From Octopus bimaculoides (Eukaryota), in NCBI RefSeq assembly GCF_001194135.2, contig NC_068981.1:107000352-107064351 (forward strand): a stretch of DNA of 64,000 bases. Direction: 5' to 3'. Below the pieces are notes generated by a model. It was given only the letters and a program-made list of their open reading frames with translations, ran no database searches and was not told where the DNA came from. The translations under genes and the position numbers were made by a program. Shown here piece after piece: positions 23,463-36,709 of this stretch. The number at the start of each line of letters is the position of its first letter. Positions within the stretch are counted from its first letter, which is position 1.

Positions 23463-23706
23463 ATGGTCAGCCGTCTAAGTTTACAGTACTGTAAAATAAT
23501 CTTGGCCACTTCGATGGTATGGTTCCTTTTAGATGTCTTTCTTATTATGTATTATACGGACTGCGCTGGCAGTAGTCGACAGTGTGGTGGCTCTGATGGT
23601 ATACGCAGAAGTGATCAAGATTCTGGTGGTAATAGAGGTGGTGGTGGAGGAGGAGGTGGAGGAGCACAAAAAAGTTTTGGTGGAATCTTCAACAAAATAC
23701 CAAATG
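23463..23706 (+). CDS. GALNT1: First coding exon of a polypeptide N-acetylgalactosaminyltransferase (GALNT1/GALNT13-like): cytoplasmic tail, type II TM anchor, Gly-rich stem
   Basis: Translation MVSRLSLQYCKIILATSMVWFLLDVFLIMYYTDCAGSSRQC... closely matches the human GALNT1 N-terminus as I recall it ([31 protein letters not shown]). An in-frame TAG at 23373-23375 lies upstream with no intervening in-frame ATG. The exon ends at a perfect donor, AAT G|GTAAGT (phase 1, GT at 23707). GALNT1 versus GALNT13 cannot be resolved from this exon. Confidence 0.88.
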
Positions 23707-24674
23707 GTAAGTAAAGTAAAAGTAATGTTTTTGCTCTTGAAGTTGTATGAAATATACCATCACTGAAAAGATTTGGCTAAGTTTTTTTCAGTATTGCTTT
23801 AATTTAATAAGTGAAGAAAAAATATATATGTATTGAACCAGTTAATGTCTGCATAGCCTCATTGATGAGATGTTAGCAGAATGTCTGTTATTGAGATGCA
23901 TCTATAAAAATACCTTACACTTTATTCCCTTTATCATGTATGAAGTACAACTTTGAGGCAATTTATGATGTAAGTTTTACACTGGTAATTTAAGATTATC
24001 ATTATTTCAAGACCCTCAAACATTATATAGATTTCAGTAACATATTTCATCCATCTTGAATCAATAATACATTTGTATAATGAATCTATACACCTATCTC
24101 TAAACAAAACTTGTTTTGTGCCTAAGGAAAGAAAAAAATGCATTCATAATAATAGGCTATAGTATCTTTGTAGTTTTTTGTCATTTTATTTTCATAAATC
24201 TCCAATTTAGGATTCTATTAAAGCCTTATGTTTCTAGTTCTAAGGAAAATAAAAACTTCTTTAGTGGCAAGATGTATTCAATTTTTAAACAAGGAAAATA
24301 TTTCTACTTTTATTTCAATTTTGGTCTGAATTTTAGGATTGAAGAAACCCTTACATTACGCTGCTTGAAATATTGTATTTATTCATATGTAACATGCACT
24401 TGTATTATGCTCACCTATAATTATGAACAATGAAATCCTAGAAGAAAAATGTCATGCACTGTTCTCTCTAAGGTATGTGCATGCACACAATAGGTTAGTT
24501 GCCACAAATAATGTGGTAATTAATAATTGTATTCAAATATTCACTGGATACATTTTTTTGTCACAGGAAAAACAAATTACATTGAGTAAGACATTTGCAC
24601 ATACTGACTTCTAAAAATTAGTGGGGACATACCCAGACTATTCTTTAATATTACAATGTATGGAAAAGAAGTAT

Positions 24675-24888
24675 TTAACCCTTTAGTATTCAGATTTTTC
24701 TGTCAAATGTAAACCTTATTTATTCACATTGTTTCAAATTAATTAGGCATTATCTTGTAGCTTTAAGACTTGAATAATGTGATTGTTGCATTTTTAGAAT
24801 GACATTGTAGGGTAGGTGTGGCTGGTTAAACATAAAATAGATAAAATATTTGGGCTGGATATGGCCAGTTTAAATACTAAAGGGTTAC
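24675..24888 (-). mobile_element. piggyBac-type MITE family P1, copy C (opposite orientation)
   Basis: TTAA-ccctttagtatt ... aatactaaaggg-TTAC. Its reverse complement aligns to copy B at both ends. Confidence 0.8.
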
Positions 24889-26607
24889 ATTTATTAATTT
24901 GCTGTCTAAAATGCATTACAAGTTTATATACTCTAAATCAAACAGAAACAGATTCAAAAGTGACACTTGAGCTTTATCTGTGTAAGGTGTAAAAATAAAC
25001 ATGATGTAAAGTCAGCATTTTGGAAATCACATGATTATGTGTTGTTGTTTTTTTCATCAAAAAGGTGTATATTATACCTAAATAAATATGGTAAACAGCC
25101 ACATAAAATATTTAGACTATTTGCTTCATCATTGATGTTTCCATATTCTAGCCAATGTTTCAATCAGTCTGTTAAATGGTTACCTTTTTATTACCTATTT
25201 GCAACATATCTCTTCCCTCCACCCACCTCCCACTAATACACGCACAAGCTAAAGCTAGGTTCAAACTGAGAACTTTCACTTCTAATGGACATACTTACAA
25301 CAATGCCAGAGAGCAATTAATGATTTCAGCAATGGCAGCCATATAGTAATGAAGTCTGTTCAATACATAATAACTGAAGTCAGAAAAACTCAAAGTGGAT
25401 TTCAGCATTTGATACAGTTACAGCTGTTCTAAATGAATATATTTATTATGCTAAAATATCAGAGTGCTAACACTGGAAATAATATAACATCCCAACTAAC
25501 TTCTGTGTAATTTATCTTAGATTTGGATATATGTTAAAGAGATAAAGCAAAATATAGGATCTTCTATTTGCTGATTCCTATCTCTAGCGAATACTATATC
25601 CCAAGTGCTTCCTTTATGGCATTGTTTTTATGATAAAGTTTGCTGTTGGAGGAAATCATTATTATTGATGCCTAAAGAAATAATTCTTATAAATTAAAAA
25701 ATGTTGAATTACTTTTCTAAATATGATTATAAGATTAACTGTGTGAGGGTGTTGATTTCAGTTTAATGATTTGTAAATAACAGTGATGTAGGATGATTAA
25801 CCAGTTAAAATGTAGCATGGAAAATGGAAAGTATTAGTTTTCATCATCATGTTTACATCAACATAATTCAGTTTCTAAAATTAAAAGAAAAAAATTCAAA
25901 ATGTAAACAAATGGGTCTCCAGCTAAATATGTTAACTATTGTTTTCCTTAAGATCACAGCATCTGTGACCTTTAACAAACAAGGGAGTATCTATATGGTC
26001 ACTCACCCTGCTAAAAATAGAAGCTGCCAAATCTCACTCAAGTCACATCTTTTTACATTAAGATATGAACAAACATAAAAGTTGTCCAAGATGTACATAG
26101 TTGAGATGGTCCCTAACTGGAGCATCTTTAGTTATAGATATCTTCTACTCATGATACCCCAGGGTTAAACAACAACATTGTAATACATTACTCTGTTATA
26201 CATAAAAATGATACATAGATATGAAGAATAAAATGTTAAGAGATTTCTTTTGAGCTGTTATGAAATCTTTTTGATTGATTATTGTTTGTCTGAGACTTTT
26301 GATCAAACATATTTACTTTAAAACCGTTAAGAAAATTATGGAGTTTACTTATACCAAAATGAAGTAGGGTCTCAAGACATGAAAAACAAAAAAAATATTT
26401 CGTGTCTAATAATTTTAAAGTTTTTTTTTTGTTTTTCTTATTTCAACTTTTATCCAGAGAATATAATTAATAATCATGTAGCATTGCTTCGTAAAAAGAA
26501 CTGAAGTTTAATAGATAGAACATACTGAATTTTCAACAAGTCATATTTCAATGATTTAGCCTTTTGTTTAGTGTGTATGTATTTTCAGGTGTTTATGCAT
26601 GCACACG

Positions 26608-26642
<35 letters not shown>

Positions 26643-27222
26643 CTAACTGATTTAGACAGTTGCTTCACAACTATGAGGTCTCGGGTCTGGCCCTTCCTTG
26701 TGACATCTTGGGAAAGTATCTTTAACAAGCCTTGTGAGTGAAAATGGGGAACAATAGAAACCTACAAAGAAGCTGGACAATGCTTAAAGCCAGCATAGTC
26801 ATATTTATGCATCAAACTGATTCTACATGAGGATTACATTAAGGGACCAAATGTTTCTGGAATACTCAGCCACTTAAATTATTCACTGAGTCAGCAGCTC
26901 GGTTGACCAACACACATCATCAAAACTAAGGCAATCCATTTGTGTATGTGTGTACATGCACTGAAACATTTCCTTCAGCAAAGAAAACTATGCAGTTACA
27001 ATATATTTCTTTTCTATTTATATATTTCAACAGAAGATATTGTTATTTATCTTCTTCATTTATTACCAGTTCATTTACCAGATTGCTAAACTACATATCT
27101 AGTTACTTAACCTGAAACTTTCCATTTGAATAAATTTCTGGTTATGCCTCAATGTAATCAATATATAAAGAATAATTTTATATTTTATTAAAAATCAGTG
27201 GGTAGGATTGTAGAGTATGTAT

Positions 27223-27223
<1 letters not shown>

Positions 27224-27308
<85 letters not shown>
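27224..27308. repeat. (GATA)n microsatellite, about 21 units
   Basis: Directly visible. Confidence 0.98.
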
Positions 27309-27689
27309 GAATGAATGAATCAATCTAGGATCATTCATCAAAAATATATTGGTCAAATTCATATTTCGAGTAAGAGGTACTTGTAGGGAAACAAATTGAT
27401 TGAAAACATATTAGTTGCAGAAAATGTGAAATGTTTGTTGAAATTTTCATTTTTTCATAGAAATAGTTTAAAAAATATAAAGCTTTGCATAAAGTTGTAA
27501 ACTTCAGAAATTGTTAATTGTTTATATATACTTGGATGTTAGATTAAGAAAATTATTTATGATGACCATAGAAGATAAACATTCACATCACCAAATCATG
27601 AGTGTACCTTGGGAATATGTGGGCAGATCAGCAGAATTGTTTGAGCTTCATAAAAAATGCCTTGCAGTATTTGTTTCAGTTCTTTACTC

Positions 27690-27831
27690 TTGAATTCAAA
27701 ACCCACCAAAGTCAACTTTGCCTTTCATCCTTGAAGGGTTGATGAAATGAGTAGTAGTTAAGAAGTAGAGCCAATGGTACCAACTGACCCCTTCCTCCAA
27801 CATTTTGGGCCTTGTACCTATACTAGAAACA
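27690..27831 (+). mobile_element. SINE family A, 3' part, opposite orientation to the 21451 copy
   Basis: gaattcaaaacccaccaaagtcaactttgcctttcatcc...gggccttgtacctatactagaaac. Confidence 0.7.
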
Positions 27832-28299
27832 TTTTTATTGAGGCCATCTGCTGAAGCAGCCCTAGTATCCATGATACTGGTCATGTGCATATATTAGAAA
27901 TAATTATTAGAACAGTGATGAACAGCTTGCAAATGAACTTGCAGATCATGGAACAAAATAGACTGTCACACTGTACATTATCTTAGTTTTTGTGATCATG
28001 TCCCTTCATGGTCAAATTTGCATCACTTTCTTTACATGGCTCAATAAAATAAAACCAATGAAATTATTGGATAGATCAAGTTGACTATATTTTGTCCATA
28101 AAGTTTATGATTGTATGCCTCTGTCAGAAATCACTATTATTGTGATTCACAATAAAGAAGTGAGAACAACCAAATGTTTATTCTGTGTTGAATGTTGTAA
28201 ATAAAGAATATGCATATACACACATGCAACGTATGCAAAAAAGATATAAAGAAAAAAGAAAGAAAAAATAGTTTTATGTAAATTTGTTCTATACTTGGG

Positions 28300-28772
28300 A
28301 AGAATTTGGTGAAAGCAATGTTGTCACTCTAAGCAAAGCTTTCAAACATCTTTCACCTCTTGGACTGGTAGCTTCGCGTAAGATCACCCTATTGATAGAG
28401 CCCTTTTTCTACCCCATTCCATCAACTCTGGCATGCTCTAGGAACACTCTCTCTCTTCTTTCTGCTTTTAACTCTGAAACAGCCTCTGCTCCCTCAGAGT
28501 TGGCTGGATTTATATGACCCCTACTTAGGCATCCACATACTACTCATTCCTTATCCTTTGGTTACTCTTATTGTATCTAAGCCCTACACTTATCATTATC
28601 CCCACCCCTTGCTTTTCAGGAATTCTCATCCTGCTCATGTCTTTCCTGCAGATGTTGACTTAAAAAGGTTCAAAGAGGCGATAAATGGTGTCAGTATCAC
28701 TTGTCTCAGAGGGCTTGAAATGGCCATGGGCACTGCCCTTTCTTTGAGACCCAACGAGTGAATAAAAAAAAC
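28300..28772 (+). mobile_element. 3' end of a CR1/L2-group (Crack/Daphne-like) LINE with an A-rich tail
   Basis: APSELAGFI...HP...HVFPADVDLKRFKEAINGV resembles L2/Crack ORF2 C-termini, and the element ends aataaaaaaaa. A related minus-strand piece lies at about 16740-16990. Confidence 0.5.
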
Positions 28773-31700
28773 AATTTAATCATAATGAATGATAAAAAAA
28801 AAAGATGACATTAATGTCTCTATATTACTATGTTTGCCATGACTTTCTACAAATATTTTTGTTCATCTTCCAATGTATTTGGTATTAACTATTATGCTTT
28901 TGGCTATTAAGTATATTGTATCTCCCACATGAAGGTTTATATATGGCAGGCTTCTGCTCTATTTCCATTTATTACATTTCATTATCAACATATTGGTCAA
29001 GTGTGTGTGTAGTAAAGAAGTATGATACATATAGATATATGCTTGAATGCACTCAGACATGTGAAGACCTTATGCTGTTGAAGTAGAAAATTGTCCTTAT
29101 AGACAACACATGTAAAAGCATATTAGCTTGTAAATGATGTCATGAATCATAGGACTCATGCATTTCTCTGTTTTTCTGTGTTCTCAACTATAATGGTTAG
29201 ACCTATCATTCACAACCTGATAAAAGTAAATTCATTCCTATATTAGAACAGCATTTGGTATGCTGAGTGTGTATTGTTTGCTAGAATTCAAGTTACAGAA
29301 AGCAGCGTTGAATAAAATATATTCAGGTAAATCGTATTTAGCATTTAGACAAAAGAAAACTTGCTGCTGCAGAAGTAGTCACAGGAGAAAACTTTACTAG
29401 ATAACATGTGAGAAAGATGAGAAGAATTAAAGCTTCTGCATTGCAACAGTTAAAAGAAACACTTCAGAGATCTGGCATAAATGTTTATACTAGAGTGGAC
29501 TCTGCTAAAGACTTGCTACCAAGGGCCAGATAGCAGTGTTAAATGAATTAAGTCTACCATTCAATCATACAGTGTTAGTACAGGTTAAAAACTTTACAGT
29601 ACCTAGTTCAATGTTATACTGTTTTAAATGATGAATTTCTTACACAAGTCAACTTAAGCTTTTTGTACATCAAAAGTGGGAAAATAAATACATAACGTGA
29701 AGTAATTAATAGTCTGAAATTCATAAAAGAAAGTGAGTTTATGTACTGTGAGGAGAGGTGCTGTAGAGTTTTCTTAGACAACATTTAATGGTTATCATTG
29801 GAAGACAACTCAGTACTAATATTAGTTTTTGCCTCACAAATAAGATAAAATAGGCCTTATTTCCTTTCTTAATAATTCTTAGATATCATATCCACCATGT
29901 TGGGTAAAATAAATCTAAACAATCATTTTTTTGTAAAATGTATCTACTAAAAATTACATATGCATGTGTGCTAATAGCAATTATGTAAATGCACGTGTGT
30001 GTGGGTGTTGTGTGTGTATTTAAAGGTTTAATTTGAAGTTTGTAAAATAGATTGTCATAAATTATAGATCCTATTTGAAAAGAGATTTTTCTTGTACTGT
30101 ATTTTCACATATTAAACAGAGTAAAGTGTTTGTGCCATGCAATTAAACTACTTGCCTATGAATTGTAAAAGTATTACAAAACACATCTAAGTGTTTGTTG
30201 TGTGTTAATCTGTGATTAATATTTTCTGATAAAATTACAAATAGCATACATTATTCATTACTTATATGTTGAAGTATTTGGAACTTTTAGCCAATTCAAT
30301 ATACATATGTGTATATGCGTATGGTTGATTATAACCTTTTATATATATATATATATATAAACGTGTGTGAATGAGTATGTATGTAAAAATAAGAGAGAGT
30401 TAAATTGTTTCCTTAATCTAAGTTATTGTCGTTGGAACTTACTAGCTTGCAAATTATGTTGATCATAGATTTGTGGTCTTACCCTCTTAAAGTCTTCTTT
30501 TTTTTCTTTGTTTTTTTCTTTCAGTGTTGCAAAGTATGTATTGCATGCGGGCCATGTTTTTACAGTTTTTCACTAAGAGGGCAGTTCACTTCAGTTATTA
30601 TCACAGCATCTTCCTCTGCCTAATAATTTTACTTTACCTTGCTATTTGTGTTCATTTACTATACTCCTTCTCCTCTTCTCTATTTCCTTCCTTACTCTTT
30701 TACTTCCTTTTTCTTCTGTATTCTCCTTTAGCTTAGCTGTGTCTTGTGGGCCCTTCAAATAATTATTGCCCAAGGACTCTGTGTGTGTGTATTTAAGTAT
30801 TACAAATTTTACTTATAGTAGAACTAAGGAAGTAAGCACATTCCTTCTGTGCTTTGATGTGAAGAAAAAAGCGAGGAGTTTCTTGGCAGACTGTTTCATG
30901 ATTTGTCAATGGCTACTTGAGAAAACATTCCTGGTCCCCTTTCTTAATCCATGGCACAGAATATTTAACTGTTCTATAAAACTAATGAATTAGTCTAACA
31001 ACTGTTGAAAAGTTTAATTTGCATATTAAGATTTTTGATGGGCAATCATTAATATATATTTTATGCACAACACAGTATCAATCAGAGGAACTAAAATTTA
31101 AATATTACAAAAGCCTAGCTGTGTGTGAATGTGAATGCATCCTTTCTGTGCTTTTACTGCATGGAATAAAGAGAAAGATTTCACAGTTTGTCAACCACTC
31201 CTTAAAGGTGACGTACATTGTCTTCTTTCCTAATCAATGGCATAGAATACTTAGTTGCTATGTAATACAATTGTAAATTAAGTTAGCACCTTAGTGAATA
31301 GTTTAATTTGAGTGTTTTGTGCTTTTGATAGGACATCAAAGCATTGAAGGAATGTGCTGTGCCTAAAATGTATATTGTTTTGATTAACAATGAACTTTGT
31401 CGTATGGAGGTACATGTATATTAAAAGTGTATTAATTATGATGAAGCACTGATGAGATAACAAATAGGCATAGAGACATTTACAGTTGTGTAGAAGTTAG
31501 GTTATGAGATGAGAAAGAGATCAATAGTGTTTGGAATGTCTGTGTGTTTCTCTGCAATGCAAGGTTAGGATGAAACTAGTTTGTGTGTCTATATGCATGC
31601 ATATGTGTGTGTGTTTATGTGCATATATATGTATATGTAAGGTACACACATATATATATATGTGGATACTTACTCATGTATGTCCCCTTGGGCAAGTGTC

Positions 31701-32741
31701 CCTCTGTACAGCACCTTGGGCAAAGCTTTTGGAGTAGCTCATTCAGAGTGTGTGTAGGGGAAGGGTATCTATGTGTGAGTTCGTGTTGGCTTTCAGCATT
31801 ATGTTTGTTCACTAGTTATAAACAATAGCGTCATCATTCATGAAGATAGTATCATTTGCTTGCAGTACAATATAAAAGTATATCCAGGCTTCTTGACATG
31901 TTTTGATATATTATGCAATCATTGTAAATAAAAGACCCAGTCAAATGATGCTATTTGTATCCAGTTCTCCATGAACCATGTTTGGGTTGTTGTTTGATAA
32001 ACTGAGAGATTACTGTCTCACTTTGGGGTTGGCATCAGTAAGGGCATCTGGCTGTAGATAATTCTGCCCCAATGTACTTTCATCTGACCCGTGAAAAAGT
32101 AGGTATTAAAGCAATGATGTTGATGATATGTATGAATATTTGTGTGTGCATGCATACACAAACATGTGCATGCTAGCAGCGATACCCATCCATTTCAAGG
32201 TATGATATCTAAAATGTGTGCATGAATTCACTGTTTTGGATGAATTGCTTCAAAAAGACTTGAGTAAGCTTGGAAATGTTGATTCACTCACATTTGTTAC
32301 GTCCTAACAATTCAGAAGATGGTCCAAGCCAAGTGTCACAAAAATGCACAAGAGCTACACAAAAATTATATACAGGAAAATATACTTGCACTATTTTTTT
32401 TTTTAATATATTTACTGGTAGAACCTGCATTTTTTTATTTCTTCACACTAATCTACTACTTGATATCAGTACTTTGTGTTTATTATTTCTCAAATCAGCA
32501 AAATTTTCTGAATATCTGTTTTGGAATATGCAAGATTCTGTCAGAAGATAAAAAGAAAGAAATTCAGATGTCGCATAGTCTTGATCTTCTTGAAAACTTG
32601 TACTCCCATCCAACATTTCACTGTGGGTGCAAAACTGTGGCCTACAACTTGGAACATGCATATATGCATTTAAATTTATATATATTTGTTCAAAAGATAT
32701 GCATATTAAGGTGTATGTGTACATATGAATAGATGTATGTG

Positions 32742-32850
32742 AAGGTGTGTGACCTAGTTGTTCGGGTGTTGCACTCACAATTGCTAGATCATGAGTTTGA
32801 TTCCTGGACTGGGTGGTATGTTATGTTCTTGAGCAAAATATTTCATTTCA
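32742..32850 (+). mobile_element. tRNA-derived SINE family C, head only
   Basis: gtgaaggtgtgtgacctagttg...gagtttgattcctggactggg...gttcttgagcaaaa matches the reverse complement of 51474-51821. Confidence 0.65.
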
Positions 32851-33206
32851 TGTTGCTCTGTGGGTGGGAGAGTAGCAGAATTGTTGGTACATCAGCAGAA
32901 ATGCTTTAAACTTCTGACTCTGTACATTCTGAGTTCAAATCCTATCTGCCTGGAGAAGGCAACAGGAAACCACTCGGGTGTTCATCCCAAGTCTAGTCAT
33001 GGTAGTTCCAGTAATCTACTTAATGGTGACAGGGGAAGGTACAGGCCCACCCAGATAGAGAGTGCTGGAGAAAGTTCATATGCACAGGACTTACCTAAAT
33101 GCAGACCACCACTAGAGACTGCATACATACATATATTGCATAGCTGTATGCTTGTGTGTGTATATATGTATATGCATGTATACTTATGTATGTACATTTA
33201 TGTATA

Positions 33207-33572
33207 TATAAGGGAGAGTCAAAAATTATATGCACTCTTGTTTTTTCAATGTATTTACACCAGAACAGAGGATAAACAAGTACATCATTTTTCTACATAT
33301 TCTCTTTCCTTTTCAATGCACTTGGTCCAGTGGTCCACAAGCTTGCATATTCCTTCGAAGAAGAATGTTTTCAGTTGGTCATGCAACCATTTGTGCACCA
33401 CTTCCTTCAAATCATCTGTAGGAAATCGATGACCTTGTAAACCATCAGGCTCAAACTCCGATCACATGACCACAATAGCACCAACTATAAGCATGCATGT
33501 GCAGAGGACAATGTGACAATAATAAAGATATGTTATGGTGAAAGTGCTGATAATTTTTACTTCTCCTCGTAT
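33207..33572 (-). mobile_element. Internally deleted mariner element
   Basis: TIRs tataagggagagtcaaaaattat / ataatttttacttctcctcgtata with TA ends. The minus strand reads GHRFPTDDLKEVVHKWLHDQLKTFFFEGICKLVDHWTKCIEK, a mariner C-terminus. Confidence 0.8.
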
Positions 33573-33654
33573 ATAAGAGTATATATGAAATGTGTGTGTG
33601 TGCATGTCTATATGTATTAAAAAAAAGTAAAGACCCACTTTGGTCAAGAACAAC

Positions 33655-33865
33655 CATAGGATCACACCTAGTAAGTTATACTCCAATGCACAAATTCGGG
33701 CAAGGTTGTTTATGGAAGACCAGAAGTCGCCCATGCATGCCAGCCTCCCCTTTCCATATCACTGATGTTATCCAAAAGAAAGGCAGAGGCTGATACAGTG
33801 ACATCGCAACTCATTTCTACAGCTGAGTGAACTGGAACAACATGGAGCAAAGTGTCTTGCTCGAG
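33655..33865 (-). mobile_element. SINE family C body
   Basis: tttatggaagaccagaagtcgcccatgcatgccagcctcccc...ctacagctgagtgaactgg is shared with 51474-51821. Confidence 0.75.
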
Positions 33866-34331
33866 AAGCCACACTCATGTATATACCTATCTATGTGCAT
33901 ATGAGTATATTCATTCATTTTGCTTTCAGTTTTCCATGTTTACATAAGTAGAACAGTTAGGTTATAAGCAGTTTTTACATTTGGACACTTCTCTTATATT
34001 AGCCCTTCCCTGTACTCCACACAGCTTTGAAGGCACGGAGTGCTATACAATTTGTTGACAAGACAAACAACTATTTGCAGCGTTTTTGTGCAAGTGATTG
34101 CAGACATAAACAGACACACATCCATACAGACACACATACACTCATGTCTTTTCTTCTGTTTTCCCCTCTACTAAGTCTCCTCACAAGACTTTGTCAGTGT
34201 AGGGCTATAGTAGACAACACTTGTGTAAGCTTTACACAGTAGAAGCCAAGTGGTGGACGAACAAACTTCTTAATCATACGACCATCCCTGTACATATGCG
34301 TGTGTGTATATATATGTTATATATATGTATG

Positions 34332-34366
<35 letters not shown>

Positions 34367-34525
34367 TTATAGGTGTGTGTGTTTGAGTATATATGCTTAT
34401 ACAGGAATGTATGTATAGATGTATATGTACAGATGCACAAGTATACATTTCATTTGGTGTGAATACATGAGTTGAAAGGTTTTCTTGTATCTTGAGAGGG
34501 TCATTATGCCAATAACAAATAAACA

Positions 34526-34875
34526 CACTGGTTCTATTTCACTTCTTGTATTATTATTATTAAACACATAGTTAACCAGTTAATTAACTCATCGATTGTT
34601 TGATTAACCATGCAGTCAATCAGTCAACTAGGTTCATCAAAGACCTCTCATTGTCATTTGCAACCTCATCAATGATATGCCCTCTCTACTCAAAGACAGC
34701 TTCAGGTCTGTCTGCAGCAGACTTAGGACAGAGAAGGCATGTCATTCACAAGGTCATGAAATAGTGAAGAAAGAACTTTCAAAAACCTAGCTGTTTTATT
34801 GATTGGCCGAAAAATTAATCAAACAATCAATTTAGTTAATTAGTTAACTAGTTGTCTAATAACATAGAGCCAGTG
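34526..34875. mobile_element. About 350-bp fold-back element with long imperfect TIRs and CACTG...CAGTG ends
   Basis: cactggttctat...tagttaaccagttaattaactcatcgattgtttgattaa versus the reverse complement of ttaatcaaacaatcaatttagttaattagttaactag...atagagccagtg. No clear TSD. Confidence 0.65.
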
Positions 34876-34966
34876 AGTGTGTGTGTTTATAATTAGTCTG
34901 AGGCTATTACAGTAGACACTTGCCCAAGGTGCCACATGGTGTAATTGAATTCAGGTGCGTGCTTGT

Positions 34967-35012
<46 letters not shown>

Positions 35013-35048
35013 ACACAAACACTAAAGTGTATATGTATGTATATTTTG

Positions 35049-35080
<32 letters not shown>

Positions 35081-35179
35081 CATACGTGTACACATGCATA
35101 TATATGGAGTATAATAAATATGTAAATACATGTGTGCATATATATATATATATGTTTGTGTGTAGTGTGTGTGTGTGTA

Positions 35180-35227
<48 letters not shown>

Positions 35228-36677
35228 CACACATATATATACATACACACACATACATTTGATCTGTATTTTTATGTGCATAATCATACTTGAAAAGATG
35301 CCCAGTTGGACTGGTTTTGTGTCCCTTTTTTGTTTTCCAACTTTGTACCCACTATATCTGTTTGTGTGTGTATCTCCCCACTGTCTCCTTATCTTTTCTA
35401 CTCTTTTTCCTCTCCTTTGTGTCATTCTTTCTGTATTATTTGACTTGATGTTTTTGTTTTGTTTTATTTTTTTCAATTTTGTTAATTATTAACATTGGTG
35501 TATTTATAAAATGTAAATATAGTAATACTAATAAGCTTGTTTATTTCAATTAAATTTCATTTTTTTTTTTTTTTTAAATGAAATTCTTGCATTTTCTGCT
35601 TGACTCCTTATAATCAATGATATCTATTGATGGTTTATATTTCTCGTTGACTTCTGAGAATGAATTGAATATTATGAGTTCCATACTTTCCAAAGAGCAT
35701 TAGTGGCATAGACTGAATAACCACATCTTCCTGGATCATTACCTTTCTTTAACTACACTCAGGTTGCAAGCAATTTTTTTCAAAAATCTATTCAGTATTT
35801 TGTTAGTTTAAAATGTCAGTTTTGACTGAACACTGCTGCAAAATCCAAATATCTTTTAAGATAGCTTTCCATTTAGAATAGTAGCCTGTAAGTATGGGGT
35901 GGATTAACATTATCAGCATGTCACCACAATTGGAGTTCAAGGCTTATTGACATCAGCTGTGTCTTTCATCTGACTAGAGTCAATAAAATAGTACTGTTAA
36001 GAAGCTGGGGTCAGTTCAGTTAACTATATTCACTTTTCCCTTTGTACTTAAGGAAGAAATCAATATTATCGACAGGATTGTTGCATCCCTTCTCAGATGT
36101 TTTATGCCTTGCTTCTTATTTTTGTTTTGCTTGCTTTAATTTTTGTTTTGTTTGTTAATTTAAAAAATTTTTTTGCATTAGTTGTCACTGTAGTTTTCTT
36201 CTTCATTGGGGGTATTGGTGGAATTTAATGTTCATTATAATATTATAAAACAAGAAATTTTAAAATACTAATGAGCCTTTTATTTCAATTAAATAGATCA
36301 ATTAGTTGGTGAAGCAATTCACTACCTGGATTGATTGTGATAGAAACCTTGAAAGTTTATTAGTTTAAGAAATATATATTTCCTTTCCTCTTGTATGATA
36401 TTACTACTAACTCATGTTTTAGGCTACTGATTCTGCTTGCAATTAATCTCTACCGTTTCTATAGTTACATTTAATCTGTAGTTATAAATAGTAATCTGGT
36501 ATTTGGTATTTTTAGATGTGCTACACAACCTTATTGAAACTTTGAAATACCTTCAAAGAAGATTTATTTTGTGTACAGATAAAAATAAATTCATATTCTC
36601 TTAAATTTCGTAAAGATTATATGTATTTTTTTATTCATTTGATTTTGTATTTTAGAGGATATTTTCCCTATGTGTTC

Positions 36678-36709
<32 letters not shown>

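Noticed and set aside
34907-35492. Several 100-190 aa ORFs rich in Y/I/H/T/C/V (also near 6.6 kb, 47.5 kb and 61 kb)
   Set aside because: They are translations of (AT)n/(CA)n microsatellites.
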